Shown: positions 13,290 to 26,632 of the stretch, piece by piece
Numbering within the stretch: position 1 is the stretch's first letter
How the letters are laid out: each line of letters begins with the position of its first letter
NCBI GenBank assembly: GCA_035084275.1
Contig: CM068742.1
Location: forward strand, 66,030,001-66,094,000
Direction: 5' to 3'
Source: Hydrolagus colliei
Lineage: Eukaryota
Length of the DNA stretch: 64,000 nt
Notes under the pieces: model-generated
Database searches by the model: none
Seen by the model: the letters and a program-made list of their open reading frames with translations, nothing else
What the model was told of the DNA's origin: nothing
Position numbers and translations under genes: made by a program

Positions 13290-13777
13290 TGCACCAAGCT
13301 CCGCGACCCCATCACTCCCACCCTCACCCGGCTCCATTGACTCCCCATCTCCCAGAGGTTTGAATTCAAGATCCTCGTCCTCACTTTCAAAGCCCTTCAC
13401 AGCCCTGCCCCCTCCTATCTCCAACCTGCTGTCTCCCTATGAACCTCCCCGCCCCCTCCGTTCAGCGGGCTCCGGTCTGCTCCAGGACCCCTGCCCGACC
13501 CGACCTACCATTGGTGGATGGGCTTTCAGCCTCTCTGCCCCCACACTCTGGAACTCCATCCCACAGTCCCTTCACCTCACTTCCTCCCTTGCCTCCTTCA
13601 AGGCTGGTCTCAAGACCCTCCTCTTTGATCATGTCTTCTGTTGCCCTCCCAATTCTTTCCTTCCTTTCCCCCCTACCCAGCGCCTCCCCCTTGCTCGGAT
13701 CCCAAACTGATTGTTCAATATCTTGGGATGTCCTCCCAACATGAAAGACTCTCTATAAATGTAATTTTGTTGTTGTT
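13290..13777 (+). mobile_element. L2 3' end (subfamily A)
   Basis: APTLWNSIPQSL..SFKAGLKTLLF and tail tgggatgtcctcccaacatgaaa...(ttg)n. Confidence 0.9.
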
Positions 13778-16199
13778 ATTACTATCATCATCCTTTCTCC
13801 AGTGGTCATCCAGTTAGGCTGGCCAGATGAACCTATTAGCTGCAAGAATCTTAGTATTACATTTGGCCAGAGTGTATAAAACTCCCTGTGGCTTTGTGTC
13901 GACAGGCTTTAGCTTCATCCGCCATTAATTGACAAGTTGAAGTTTCACTCAGAAACCACTCACACTGAGTGGTTGAGTATTGAGAATTATTCTTCACCTA
14001 TATGGTATTTTAAGACTGGAACATCCACAACTTGCAATTATGTAGCATCCTACATGTGGTGTAGCATCCCAGATGCTTAGGTGCCAGGATGAGTGGTTGA
14101 GGCCTGAGTATTGGACTCATTTAAAAATCAGTATGATGCTGTCATGCGAGATGTTATGGGTTCCCTATATTCATGAGGAATGGGATCAACTGGCCCAAAA
14201 CAGCCTTCTTCATTCAAATTAATCTTGTGCTCTTATGAATTTTAAGATGAATATAGCCAGACTGTACCTTTCCTGACCCGGAAATGCACAATGTCAATAC
14301 TTAATGCAGCATGTGGAGGCTTTTCCACCCTGGGACTGCCATTACTTAACAAGTGCACAAACCATTCAGAATTCTCCTCCTTTTAAAAAGGAACAAAAAT
14401 AGCATCAGACCAATTGAATGCTTTTCATTGCAACCTCATGTTAACTTAACAGATATTTGGACTCTTGGTTAGATGAAGATGCTTGTGGATTATTAACATT
14501 ATCGATGAAGTGGAGGGAACAAGATTTGCTTGTTGCTACATTTTGTTTAATATGTCCACAACTATCAGTGGTTGAAGCTTTCACAAGATCCAAAAAGGAA
14601 GGTTTTGGATGAAGATGGCGCTTGAGCCTATTTGAGCTCATTTATCCTGAATACGAACTCTCATCCCTTTTGTTTTTAAATGAATCTAGCATCCTGTTCT
14701 CAAACACCTCTCCTGGCAACCATCCCAGTTGTGGATCACCTCTGTTTGTAGAGAATAAGCCACAGGCAGCTTTTTTGTGAACTGTATGTACCACCCATCA
14801 CATGGCGTAGCATCCAGGAAGCTTAGGTGCCAGTCCGAGTGATTGAGGCCAGGGCACTGGATTCATTTAAAAATCACTTTAATGCTGCGATGTTCACTGA
14901 AGTACAATATAGCTGTCAAATCCATTTTACAATATATATTCTGTGAAGCGCTTCGAAATATCTCAACAACGTGAAAAGGCGCTATGTCAAATATAATGAT
15001 TATTCTGATAAGTTTTGGTCACAGAAGGAAGGAAGACCACATCCTCAGTGGTAGAGTCTGAGAATCCAGATCCTGCTCAGGGCAGCTCAGGGCAGAGTGT
15101 TCTGTGGAGAAATAATTGGCTCGCGGAATTCCAGCTCATGACCTTCGACCGCTGGTTAGTGGGAAAACAGTTTTATGAGTGTTGTATTCGCGATGGCTAG
15201 AGATAAGAGGAATAACGTGGCCATTGAACCTGAAAAACATATCACTGCATAACATCACAAATAACCTCTTTGTCATTTCAGAAGCCCCCCACCCCCACAA
15301 CCCCTTACAGTCTTACAGTGCAAAACCAGCTGCCCCTGCTTTTAGTCTCTGACATGTAATGGGATAAACCCCAAGAGACAATGTATTAATAACAGCACAG
15401 TATGTGCGCTAAGTGTGTGAGTTCTTGACATGGGCCACATCTGGGAGAGACAGTAATTACCAAAAAGGCTTTTGTCTTCTCTGCAGCTGCACTCAGGTTC
15501 CTCTTTCTAATATTCGATTGCTTGGAATGTTATAAAATACAAACTCCGCCGCTGTTTTCACTACGATTGGACAATGGTTAATTCTGAAAGTTGGCTCTGA
15601 GGTGTGAAACCTCCCAAACACAACATGGCTTTGCTGTGTTTCTTGAGCTCCGCATTGTTTGGTGTCAGGAGCTGCTGTGCAACGAGAGGCATTGTGGGCA
15701 GAAACAGCAAGCAAAACAAACCGTAATCATACCCTTTCCACAATCCAACTCAAAGGTGTATGTTTATCCAGCACTTAACCCACCACGGTTGCTCATAGCA
15801 CTTGACTCAAAACTCCACCATGCCTCAAAATGGACAATATTTTTGTTTAAAAAATCAGGAATACGGTTAAAAATGCATTCTCTGAGCAGTCCAGGGTAAA
15901 GTCACATTCAGTATTTGAATAATTTATATGAAAATCATTATGTATGTGAACACATTAGCCCATTTGCACACAGCAGTGTACCATAAACCGCTGTTAATTT
16001 TATGTGCGGAATGGGGAAAAGAAACTCCCTTTTGTTCCCCCATGTGGTCTTTGATGTGCACTTAAACAGGCAGATGGACCCTCATAACAGTATCAGCCTG
16101 GACTGCGTGAATCAAAGTCATTTTAATTTTATTTCACCACAAATAGTAATTACCAATGAATTACATGTCGCCAGGACAGGCACTTTAGTGTACCCTAGA

Positions 16200-16650
16200 G
16201 GGTATCAGCTGATGTTCAGGTCCACAGAAGTCAGACTAAAGCTTTTGAGTGGTCACACCACACCTGGGGTACTGCATACAATTTTAGTCAATGTGTCATA
16301 AGGGAGCTGCCCGGAATCCTTGAAGCAGTAGAGAGAGAGCAATGAGGATGATTCTCAGTGTTAGACAAATGAGCTCTGAGCTACAATTAAGTCAAGCTGA
16401 GGGTCATCAGTCTTTAAAGAGATGTCTCCGAGGGGAACTATAGAGGTATACCATATTTTAAATGGGATTGAGAAAGTAAACTCAAAGCAGTACTTATTTA
16501 TGCATAAGATAGCAGAACAAGAGGTCATAGGTCAAGGGTTGCAAAGGGCAATTTCAAAACAGACATCAGGTCTTTTTTTTGTCTCAGAGGGTCATTAATG
16601 AAACAGCTTGCCAGAAAAGATGGCTGGATTGATTTCAAGATGCTGTGATG
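16200..16650 (+). mobile_element. Old CR1 3' fragment
   Basis: Degenerate match to the RPHLEYC..F and RTRGH coding regions (gtcacaccacacctggggtactgc; agaacaagaggtcatag). Confidence 0.6.
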
Positions 16651-18572
16651 GGAAGGTGGTGTACATTCTGGAAGGTAGAGATCTTGTGACCGAGATTCAG
16701 TTAGTGCTAATGTTACAGCGCTTCAGTGCTCTGGGCCCACATTGACTAGAAACTTGTTTTGTGCCCATCCAAACTGATTTGACACAAAGCATTTAAAACC
16801 ATCTAAGGAAGGAAGCTTTTAGCCTCATTACATATTGTGCTGTGCTGAGGAGATAGTAATAATAATCCTGAATCATAATTAGTATGATTATAATAATACA
16901 ACAATAATTAATTAATACAATTTATATAAATATTAATTATTAATAATGAATACCGTATTATTAATATTAGTTATTACATTCAGACTAGCACCTTTCACAT
17001 AGGGAGGATGTCTCAAAGTGCTTCACAGGATTAAACAGGTTTGCACAACAGTATCAAAAGTCACACTACAAGAAAGGTTTCCAGCACGAACATCTAATAA
17101 TAATAATAGTATTCCTTGCATTTGATATAGCGCTTTCCACATCTTACCAACGTCCCAAACCGCTTAAAGCATACTGGAAAGAGAATTGGAATCCGCAACA
17201 CTTTTAGCTAGAAATATTATCACTACCACTTAACATTGCAAAGCACTTTGAAATGTTTTGTTATTAAAAAAATACCATATATAAAAGAATGATTATTTTT
17301 ATTTATTATTGTGCATTGTGGATCTTCTCTGCAGATCATTCTCTAAAATGAATGTAAGAATGTGCAGGAGAGAAGACTGACAACTGCAAATAAAAACATA
17401 CCGACTTCTCTACGGTAAAAAAAAGTGATATTTGCATAATAAGCTGTTATGGATAGGGTATGGATGTCCTGTTGAAATAAAATAATTCTTTCAAGATTTG
17501 AACAAGATTTATAAAGGGTGAATCATACCAGCAACCACACACACCTGTTAGATCTCCGCACCAATATCCGGCCATTGAGACGTCCTCCCAATGTGAATGG
17601 CACTATGCAAATATAATTTTGTTGTTGTCGTTGTTTCTGGATGGATCAGAGTAAAGTTTAGGGTGACTCAATTCCAGATTGTAAATGTTAACGTTTTTAC
17701 TCCTGTATCACTCGTACCTCTCAATTGACTTATTTTTAGGGAAAAGTTACTGTCTAATTCCCTCTTGAATTTGCCAACAAAACCTGCCTCCACCATCTGC
17801 CTGGCTAGTTCATTGTACAGATCCACCACTTTCTGTGCAAAGGAATTCACCTCTTCAAACTTGAGTGAATGCTCCATTACTGCAGAATTTTCTTGTTATT
17901 CTTGAGCTCACTGTTTTCTTTATATATACCAAATATTTCTTGTCATCACTCACTGAATGACCATTTGAAGTTTTTAAGAACATAGGAACAGAATACTTCC
18001 TGATTTCACTCTTCTTTCTATCAGACCCAACAGCAGAGTTCTTTGATGGATTTATCACCGATTCCTCTTTTTAAGTGACGGAATCTGAATTTTGCTTTCC
18101 TTGCAGTAGTCTACTCCACTCCCGGTTCTTTGAAGACAGATTTGTTATTAATTCTGTCCGAAGCACTCTGCAATTTAATGTTTCAGACACCAAGTGCTTA
18201 TTGATATCTACTTTTAAATCTACTGTCGATCGATCAGCACCTTTTTCAGGCTCAGCTGTGTGAACTGACTTTCTTGCTTTGTCACTTTGCTATATATTTG
18301 CCACCTTCTGGATTATAGGTGTGCAAATCAATTGTAGTAACAATAATCTTTGCCTTTGGCATCATGCCAAAGCCCTTCGGAGAATATATTGCAGTGACTG
18401 TATATTTTGAAGTTGAATGCGGCAGCCAATTTAGGCAGAGCAACACCCCACAAACAGCAATGAGTAATTTAACAATTTTATCCGGGTGGTAGAGGGGTGG
18501 GTGGGCTGTTGTTGGTCAGGACACCTTCTGAATAGAAGAAGACAAACCTTTCTTCCCTCATCCACAACCTTT

Positions 18573-18905
18573 GGAACTCCTGTGGCTCAGTGGTTAGAGC
18601 ACTTGTCTTGCAAGCTGGGGAAACCAAGCTGGGAAGACCTATGTTCGAATCCAGGCAGGTCAGGGCAAAACCTTGGGCAAGTTTCCCTACTCCACACGCC
18701 TAATAATAATCCCTCCAAAAAACACAATAATAAAATTGGTCATTTCAATCCACGATTGTGTGTGGATCACTGCTGTGCGCAATTGGCTGCCGCGATTCGC
18801 CCACAAATATATAGTCAATTCACTTTACAGTATATTCTGTGAAGCGCTTTGGGACGTTGATAAGATATGGAAAGTGCTATATCAAATGCAAGGATTATTA
18901 TTATT
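18573..18905 (+). mobile_element. Full-length young SINE nested in an older antisense Deu-SINE (about 18340-19090, - strand)
   Basis: Intact A box tggctcagtggttagagc, B box gttcgaatcc, Deu motif and tail. The flanks carry the reverse-strand tail/Deu part (18340-18470) and head (18950-19090) of the older family. Confidence 0.88.
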
Positions 18906-19301
18906 TCCAGGTTTAATGACTCATCCAAAATATGCTACCTTTAGTAAAGAAACATTCCCCTAGCACTGTATTGAGTGTCAGCCTAGACTAGGTAGGCTGA
19001 CTAGGTGGGCATCTAAAGGCCCAATGTGGGGCTTGAATCCACAACCTTCTGACTGAAAGGGAAGAGTGCTATCAATCGAACCAAGCTGATACCTGTCCAT
19101 TATTCATTAACACAATCTTCATCTTATCATATTATCATTGAGTTTAATTGTGCTAAGAGGTATGTGTCATTTGTGCAGCAAAGCTTTTCTTAAATCTGCA
19201 ATATTTGTTTCCTCACCAATCTTCTCATCATTTTTATAGTACTATGTAATTTGAAGCGTTGAGGTAAAAAGAAGAAACCCTATCTAACCTTTTTTTATAT
19301 A

Positions 19302-19839
19302 CAGTCAAACCTTGCCGAACGCAACTTTCTCAAGATTGGATTCGCCTAATAAGCAAATAAATAAATGCAACACTTTTTTGCACATATGCGAGTAAAATTT
19401 GCATATATGCGCTGGCTGGCCTCGCGCGTATACGTATTTGGGAGGACGCCACCGGCCCCGCCTAAATCCGATGATTCCTCGGCCTCAGAGCAACCTGATG
19501 GCATTGCATGGTAAACATGAGGGAGAGAGTCTCCTAACACTTCCAGAACCAAAGGTAAAATAATTTTAGCCAAACTGTGGTAGTGTAAGGTCCTGTTTTA
19601 TTGTCTCCAGTGAGTCAGTGAGAGTGGGGAGAGTGACGAGCGGGGAGAGTGGGCCAGCCCACCTCAGTACGTAACTTGCGTTGGTCGGATGTGGATGTGC
19701 CTGGAGGCTTGAGGTTGGATAGCCTGTGGATGGATTCCACCAACCCACTTTTCCCATTACTTATTAAACTTACCGAACGCGATTTTACCGAGTGCACCGT
19801 TTTCCACGAACGTAACACCTGTTCGGTGAGGGCCAACTG
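19302..19839 (+). mobile_element. Tigger-like MITE, family T2, diverged TIRs
   Basis: ta|cagtcaaaccttgccgaac ... gttcggtgagggccaactg|ta; CpG-rich interior unlike the flanks. Confidence 0.6.
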
Positions 19840-22094
19840 TATAAATCATGACCCTTTTTGAAATTTTTTAAAGGATTTAAGAGGCCAAGTTGTGAAAGAC
19901 TTGATAGATTGGTGACAACAACAACAACAACAACAAAATTACATTTGTATAGTGCCTTGCATGTCAGGAGGACGACCCAAGGTGCTGGACAGGTACTGCT
20001 TCAGGAAATTACATAACTAAGGGACTTACATAAAATCATATCACCATTGAAAGAATTGAGGTGGTTAATTAGGGTGTGAGAACATATGTATTTATACAGG
20101 AGATTATTAGAAGAAGGAATGCTTTTCCACCAATGGCTGTTGAAGCTTAGATCAGAAAATAACTTCAGTCTTGAGAGAAGACAACACAAAGGTATATAAA
20201 ACTTGAAAACTAAACCCATAACAACACTTTAAGATATACCATATACAGGTGACATATATGAAATATCTCTACCAGTTGTACAAAACATTCTACCTTAAGA
20301 GGTCAGGTAATTTGGTGAATTTGCTCAATAACTTCTCAATCTTCCCAACCAGTAGCTGCAGATACATAATCACAGCTCTCCTCCTCTTGCTCCTCGGTTA
20401 TTTCTGTTCCTCTTTATTCTCTCTATCACACTGAGCAGGATTTTGCTTGCGTGACCAATTAAACTAATTGCTCAATAATTACTGTACAATGTCAGACCCT
20501 CATTCTTCGTGCTGATGAATCGGGATTTGATCCAATAGCTTGTCCATTACTCTGCCTTTTAGCTATTTATACACAATAAATTAGACATAATTCAATCTTG
20601 CTTCATTCAGTTCTCTCTCCATTTCTATTTCTATCATTACCAACAGCTCTTCACCTACTATTACCGCTACGACTATGTTTTTTTTCCACTCAACTCTTGT
20701 AACGTCAGCTGTAGGTGGAACTGGTCTTCTCTGTTTAACCATCAAAAGCATTTCTAAGTTTGAAAAAGCTGTAATGGAACACTGCCTATGTTTTAAGCTC
20801 TCCACACTTGATGCTGGTTTTCTTTAACGGATAAATACTTGTCCCAAAAGGACAAGAGTCTGATAACCATGATAACTTGAACTGTTATATTCTCTTGCAA
20901 TTATTCAAGTACAAATAAAATGACAATTTCTTCAGGTATGAACAGCCACAAGAAACAAATGCAATTCTAGAGTGCTTTACTGCATCATCTTAAAACATCT
21001 CAAAAAAGGGATTTACAGGCAATTGTTCGCAAATTTAATTACTTTTCATAGGCGATTGTGGCAGCTATTTTGTGGTGAAACTTGCTTCTCTTTTCAAATC
21101 CTTTTCTTGGGATCTATAACGTCCACCTGAATAGACAGATGGGTTCTTGGTTTAACATCGTAACTGAAAGATAGCAGCTGTGACATTGCAGATCTCCTAT
21201 CGCATTGCACTGGAGTGTCAGCCAAGGCTTCAAGCACAATCTTGGGGGTTTACCATAACCAAGGCAAACCTGAGCCAGGCCGACAGGCAGTGCAATTAAA
21301 ATTTTGCAGAATAAAAAATTTTAGGTAACAGGATATAACGTTGCATAAAACAACATCAAGGCTTCACTAACCATATTCCCAAATCAGAAGCAACGATTGA
21401 AGACTAACAACAGATTTAGCAATTGGTCTTTGTTCCTGCAAAGTGGAACTTTCCACATTAATGTCTTCTATTTCTCCTGACCGTATCTTTTCAAGCTGTT
21501 GTGTTCAGACTCATTGGATGAAATATTCTTGATTAACGTTGAATGGGGGAGATTAATGTGACTGGGACTAATCGTGGAGTTCAGGTTGGAGCTGGGATTA
21601 ATGCAGTGGGGCAGAGAGCAGTGTGTGAGGAGATTGGAGTGTCGACAATTAGAAACAGAAGCTCAGGAATAGATGGGAATGACATATAATGAGAGCCAGG
21701 CCACTGGCCTGACATTCTTTTGATAAAGAATCGATGGTCAGTACTTGCTGATAAGATCAATTTATAGCACAATGCATCACCTAATGCGTTTTAATCCCAA
21801 CGTTTCGCTCTGTGATGCTGTTTAGGATAAATCCAACAGTTTGCCAGGATTCAACTGAGCTATTAAGATGAGCTGGAGCTAGGGGACCCTACTATATTCT
21901 ACTGTGGCTTTTTGATGATGGATTTTTTTTCACAATGTGTTACTTTAGAATCAACATATCATCTTGACCTCCCGCACACATCAGCTCCAGCTGTCAACTG
22001 ATCAAAGTTCCACCCGACAAATACACTCCACGTTTTAAAAACAGAAAAGTGATTACTGAAACTGTGTTTCCATGGCAACTGCCTCAACCTTGTG

Positions 22095-22612
22095 TGTCAG
22101 CCTGGCTCGGTTGGTAGCACGCTGACCTTTGAGGCATGTGGTTGTGGGTTCAAGCCCCACATCAAATATAAAAATAAAATATTCATAATAATAATAATCA
22201 TTGCATTTAATATAGCACATTTTAACATCTTCTAGATGTCTCAAAGCGCTTCACAGAATATACAGTAAATTGTACATTTTGTGGGTGAAACGTGGCAGCC
22301 AATTCTGCACAGGAGTGTCCCACAAACAGTCATGGAATGAAATTACCAATTTATATATTTTTTGAGGGATTATTATCAGACATGTGGAGTAAGGAAACTT
22401 TCTCAATGTTTCGCCCTGCCTGGATAATAAATTGCTCACCTCAATCCATGACTGTTTGTGGGACGCGACTGTGTGCAATTGTTTGCCGCATTTCGCTAAC
22501 ACAATACTGTATATAGTCAATTTACTTTACAGTATATTCTGTGAAGTACTTTGAGATGCCTTGAAGACATGATAAGGTACTATATCACATGGAAGAATTA
22601 TTATTAGGATTA
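22095..22612. mobile_element. SINE cluster: old head (+, 22095-22165), young SINE (-, 22186-22424), SINE 3' half (+, 22425-22612)
   Basis: Recognisable head, Deu and tail motifs in opposite orientations. Confidence 0.82.
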
Positions 22613-22782
22613 TTAAACACATTCCAGATCATCATTTTTCCATCAAAGGGAATGAATCAAAATGATACCAGTTATACTGCCGGCTAAAATAAACATCCCA
22701 CAATAATGTCCGAGGGATTGTATTGGATTAAATCGTGTTTTGGGTGAAAAATTAGAAACTGATACTTAGCAAGCAGCAATTA

Positions 22783-23414
22783 CAGGTATCTCTCCCCAAC
22801 CGCGGAGGATACTTTCCTGTAAACCTTCGCGGTTGGTAAAATCACATTTGGAAAATCCTTATGGGAAACATGGGGATAGGGGGAGTAAGTTCACGTTTAG
22901 TAAAACTAAACCCCCAAAAACACATACAGTTATAATATATCTATACATGGGGATAGGGGGAGTAAGTTTGGGTGCATTGGCTGCCAGAATCTACAGCAAT
23001 CAAACAGTCAGGCTGTCTGACGGACTTACACAGAGATAGAGAGACATGGAGGGTGGTGGGGGGGGGGGGGGGGGGGGGGTGACACGGAGGGCTGGGGGTG
23101 GCTGTCTGACTGCTTTACACAGAGATAGAGAGATACGGAGGGTGGGGGGGGGAAGGGTGACACAGAGGGCTGGGGGGCTGTCTGACTGACTTACACAGAG
23201 ATAGAGGGACACGGAGGGTGAGGGGGGTGGGGGAGCGGATTAATACACACTAATATGCGGATGAATACGGTCCCTTGTTTGGAGGAATGAAACTTGAAAA
23301 TTTAAACCCCGGATGTAAATCGCGGACGCACAAAACGCAAAATGCGGTTTGCGGGGGTTGTCGCATTTAGCAATCCGTGGATGCGTGCGTTTCGTGGTTG
23401 GAGAGGGAGACCTG
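22783..23414 (+). mobile_element. Tigger-like MITE, family T3, with internal G-rich tandem repeat
   Basis: ta|caggtatctctccccaaccgcg ... cgtggttggagagggagacctg|ta imperfect TIRs; three internal units and a 22-G run. Confidence 0.8.
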
Positions 23415-25807
23415 TATCTTGATGCAATGACACAAAGGTGTTGCTGGAATGGATGCAACTTGAAGTGATGGGTGCTTGGTGAGGGAAACTCACAAGATTT
23501 TCCGATTTAGAAAATGAGTCATATACAAATTACTGTGTTGCATCACTTCTAATTTTGAGCCTCCAATAACTCGCATCAATCACTGCTCCTCTTATTTCTG
23601 CTCAAGTGCCCATAGCCTCTGTGTTATGGAAATAAAGATAAAGAGTGTTGCATCTTACAACTTGGCTTGATTATGCCAACACCCTATTTGTTGGAACCTT
23701 CATCCTGTCTCTACACAAAACAGCCGACTATCCAGAACTTCTACCTCCTCTTTCTGGTACTCAATCCCGGAGTCCCTCCGACTCCCCTCTCATTGCCTGT
23801 TGTCTGCCTCAAGACATACTCTTTGACCATGCATTGAGCAGCCATTAATAGCACTTAATGCCACAGCAAAGTCCGATTTATACAAGTGTCCCGAAACCAG
23901 GATTTTGATGCCATGCAGGGATTATTGCTTTGATTGAATCTGACTTCCACATCTGGTGCAAACACTTCATTTTCCAGCCTCTTGGGATATCCTTCTGACA
24001 TGAAAGATGTTATATAAATCACAATTATATTGCTGCTTGTTTGTTTTTTTGTTTGTGGGGTGGATATTGAGCAGAAGCAAGAAGCTGCCCCTGCTGAGAT
24101 CAGTATATGAGTCACCTCCACGCTGCTCTCGCCTTTCCACAGCAGCTTGTTACAGAGCAGCATGACAGAAACCTTGGAGCAGGTGACTAGATCTTAACCC
24201 AGGACCCAAAGTAAGACAAGACACCAAAAGTAAATAACTGAAAGGTTTTGATATCATCAAAAATAATTTGTATGCAACTAACAAATCTTCTAATTCCCCC
24301 CCCCCACCCCCACCACCGCACCCCAATTTAGAAAAAAAAATACAACTTAAAAATATATTTATTTTGAGCTCTTTCCTAGCATATGGCTTTTAGTTCATAA
24401 TAAGCATGCTTGTGGCAGGTTGTATATGAAGCAACAGCAGCTGCTTGCAGCATGCTATTAACACCTCCAGTGTGAAATAGGTAGGTGCTGGATTCTAGGA
24501 GCTGCTTCTATGATATAGTCCTGAATTTGCTTTCGATGTAGTTTAAAATAAAGCTGGGTAGGGGAGGGTGCGGGGGAAGGAAATTGTCTTATTTGTAAAA
24601 TGTGCATGCACGTTTGACCCTACTCTATCCCTTGCTAATTAAATAAGTAATATATTTAAAAGTTTAATTTGATGTAGCACCTTTTCATTGTGTCAAAGCA
24701 TCTCAGGACATTCATAGGATATTTTGTGGAATGAAATCACTGTGTATGTTGCTAAGAATAACTGCAAATTCAACCCTCTCCACTGCCCCGCCCGCCCCAT
24801 TCCACTACCACTACCATTGGCATTGATGTTCCTTTAACAACATGACCTATTTTGACAGATGTAACCTTAAAGAATCAGCATTGCTCCTTGTATTCAGTGA
24901 TTTGTGGTTTAATGTTTTGTGATCTGTGTCACTGAATATGTGTGTCACTCCCAAAACTCCCCATGTGGGTATATAGCACTGAATACCATCTGAAACCAGA
25001 TTGGACCTCCCGTTAAAAAAACAGTGATTTCTACAGCATGAACTTTCTCACCACTGAACTCTCATGCTGCTTTCTGGTGCTGACCTAAAAGAGACCCCAG
25101 TATTAGGAGCTTTATTTTACCTATTCCCCATTCTGCATCATGACATAGTATTAACATTTAATGGGGACATGTCTCTTCATGTGTCACGTGCCACTAAGCA
25201 GCATGCTATCAGTTTGCCAGCATCGAGTTTCTGCACCGCACATCAACAAGTAAACCCATTAATTATTGATTTTGTGCTTCATTAGTTCCAACCACACCAG
25301 TATATTCCTTGGCGTAACGCCAGCAGGGGAGTGGTAACCTTTTGGACTCTCCTGCCACCTGATGGAAGCACTGTAAACTGCGACAGACTGTGAACTCATA
25401 GGTCCCAGAGGTGATGATCAGCTATTACCTTTGTCACCCAGCCGACGAAGGTTTGCCTGAAATTCTCCTGGTCTTAGCCTCAAGATCATCACCTTGAAAT
25501 TTGAGACCATGCAGAATTTTGGAAAATTCATAAATTCGGACCTAATTTTTTTGGTGGGTATTATTACCCCTGGAAAGCGATATACTGTACCAGTTGACTA
25601 ACAAGCAACCTACTGCTAAGTAAACACATGCGTGTGGAGTAAGAAAAGTTGCCTAAGGTTTCGACCCACTCTAGAATCGAACCCAGGTCCTCTTGCTTAC
25701 GAGGCGAGCTTGCTAACCACTATTCTATGGGTTCCAACTCCCTTTACAAAGCAGTGTGTGGTACAGTGACTATCATGCCTGTCACAGACATATTGTACTG
25801 AGCACAA

Positions 25808-26632
25808 ACATCCTGCAGCTAAATGTTGACAAGACAGAAGCCATACTCTTTGGCTCTCATCGACATCTTCAGTCCCACGGCTCTCACCTACACGACCTGC
25901 CTCCAAAACTCTTCGAACCTGTACGCAACCTAGACGTCAGATTCGACCCCCAACTATCCTTCTGCCTCCACCAGCACCGCCTCCTGCTATCTCTGCTATA
26001 TTGCCCGTCTCCACTAATATCTCACCCCAAAAGCTGCCGAAACCCTGGTCCATGCCTTTGTCACCTCTTGGCTGGACTTCCCTAATGCCCTCCTCACCGG
26101 TCTCCCCTCTTCCAACATTCACAAAATCCAGCTCATACTCCCACATTCTCGCCCGAACCAAACTTCACTCCCCGATTACCCCAGTCCTTGCACAACTTCA
26201 CTTCACTGGCTCCCTGTCACAGAGCGGATCGACTTCAAGATCTTCACTCTTGTATTAAAATTGCGCTACTCCACTACACCCCCCCACCTACCTCTCTAAC
26301 CTCCTATCTCTTCACAGCAGTACCCACTGCCTCTGCTCTACTGTGTCTGGCTTCCTCCGAATCCTCTGCTCTACCATCGGTGGGTGTGCTTTTAGCCACT
26401 TCACCCCGAAACTCTGGAACTCCCTCCCTCAATCCTTTTACCTCATCCCCTCCTTTTCCATCTTCAGGTCTCTCCTGAAGACTTTTCTGTACGACCGTGC
26501 TATTTTCACCTTCCCCGACCTCCTGACTCGACCCTGAGCTCCGTTATTGTGAAGCAATCTGAGACGCTATCTGGTGTGGAGGGCACAAGTTGTTATTACA
26601 AGTTGCTGTTGTCACTACAAGAGAAGTATTGA
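25808..26632 (+). mobile_element. L2 3' part (subfamily B), decayed
   Basis: LQLNVDKTEAILFG, VRFDPQLSF and TPKLWNSLPQS; tail gagacgctatctggtgtggagggc similar to the 3045 copy. Confidence 0.88.

Noticed and set aside
12796-13777. Single L2 with a twin-priming 5' inversion
   Set aside because: About 300 bp of unrelated sequence separates the opposite-strand pieces and I found no shared TSD.
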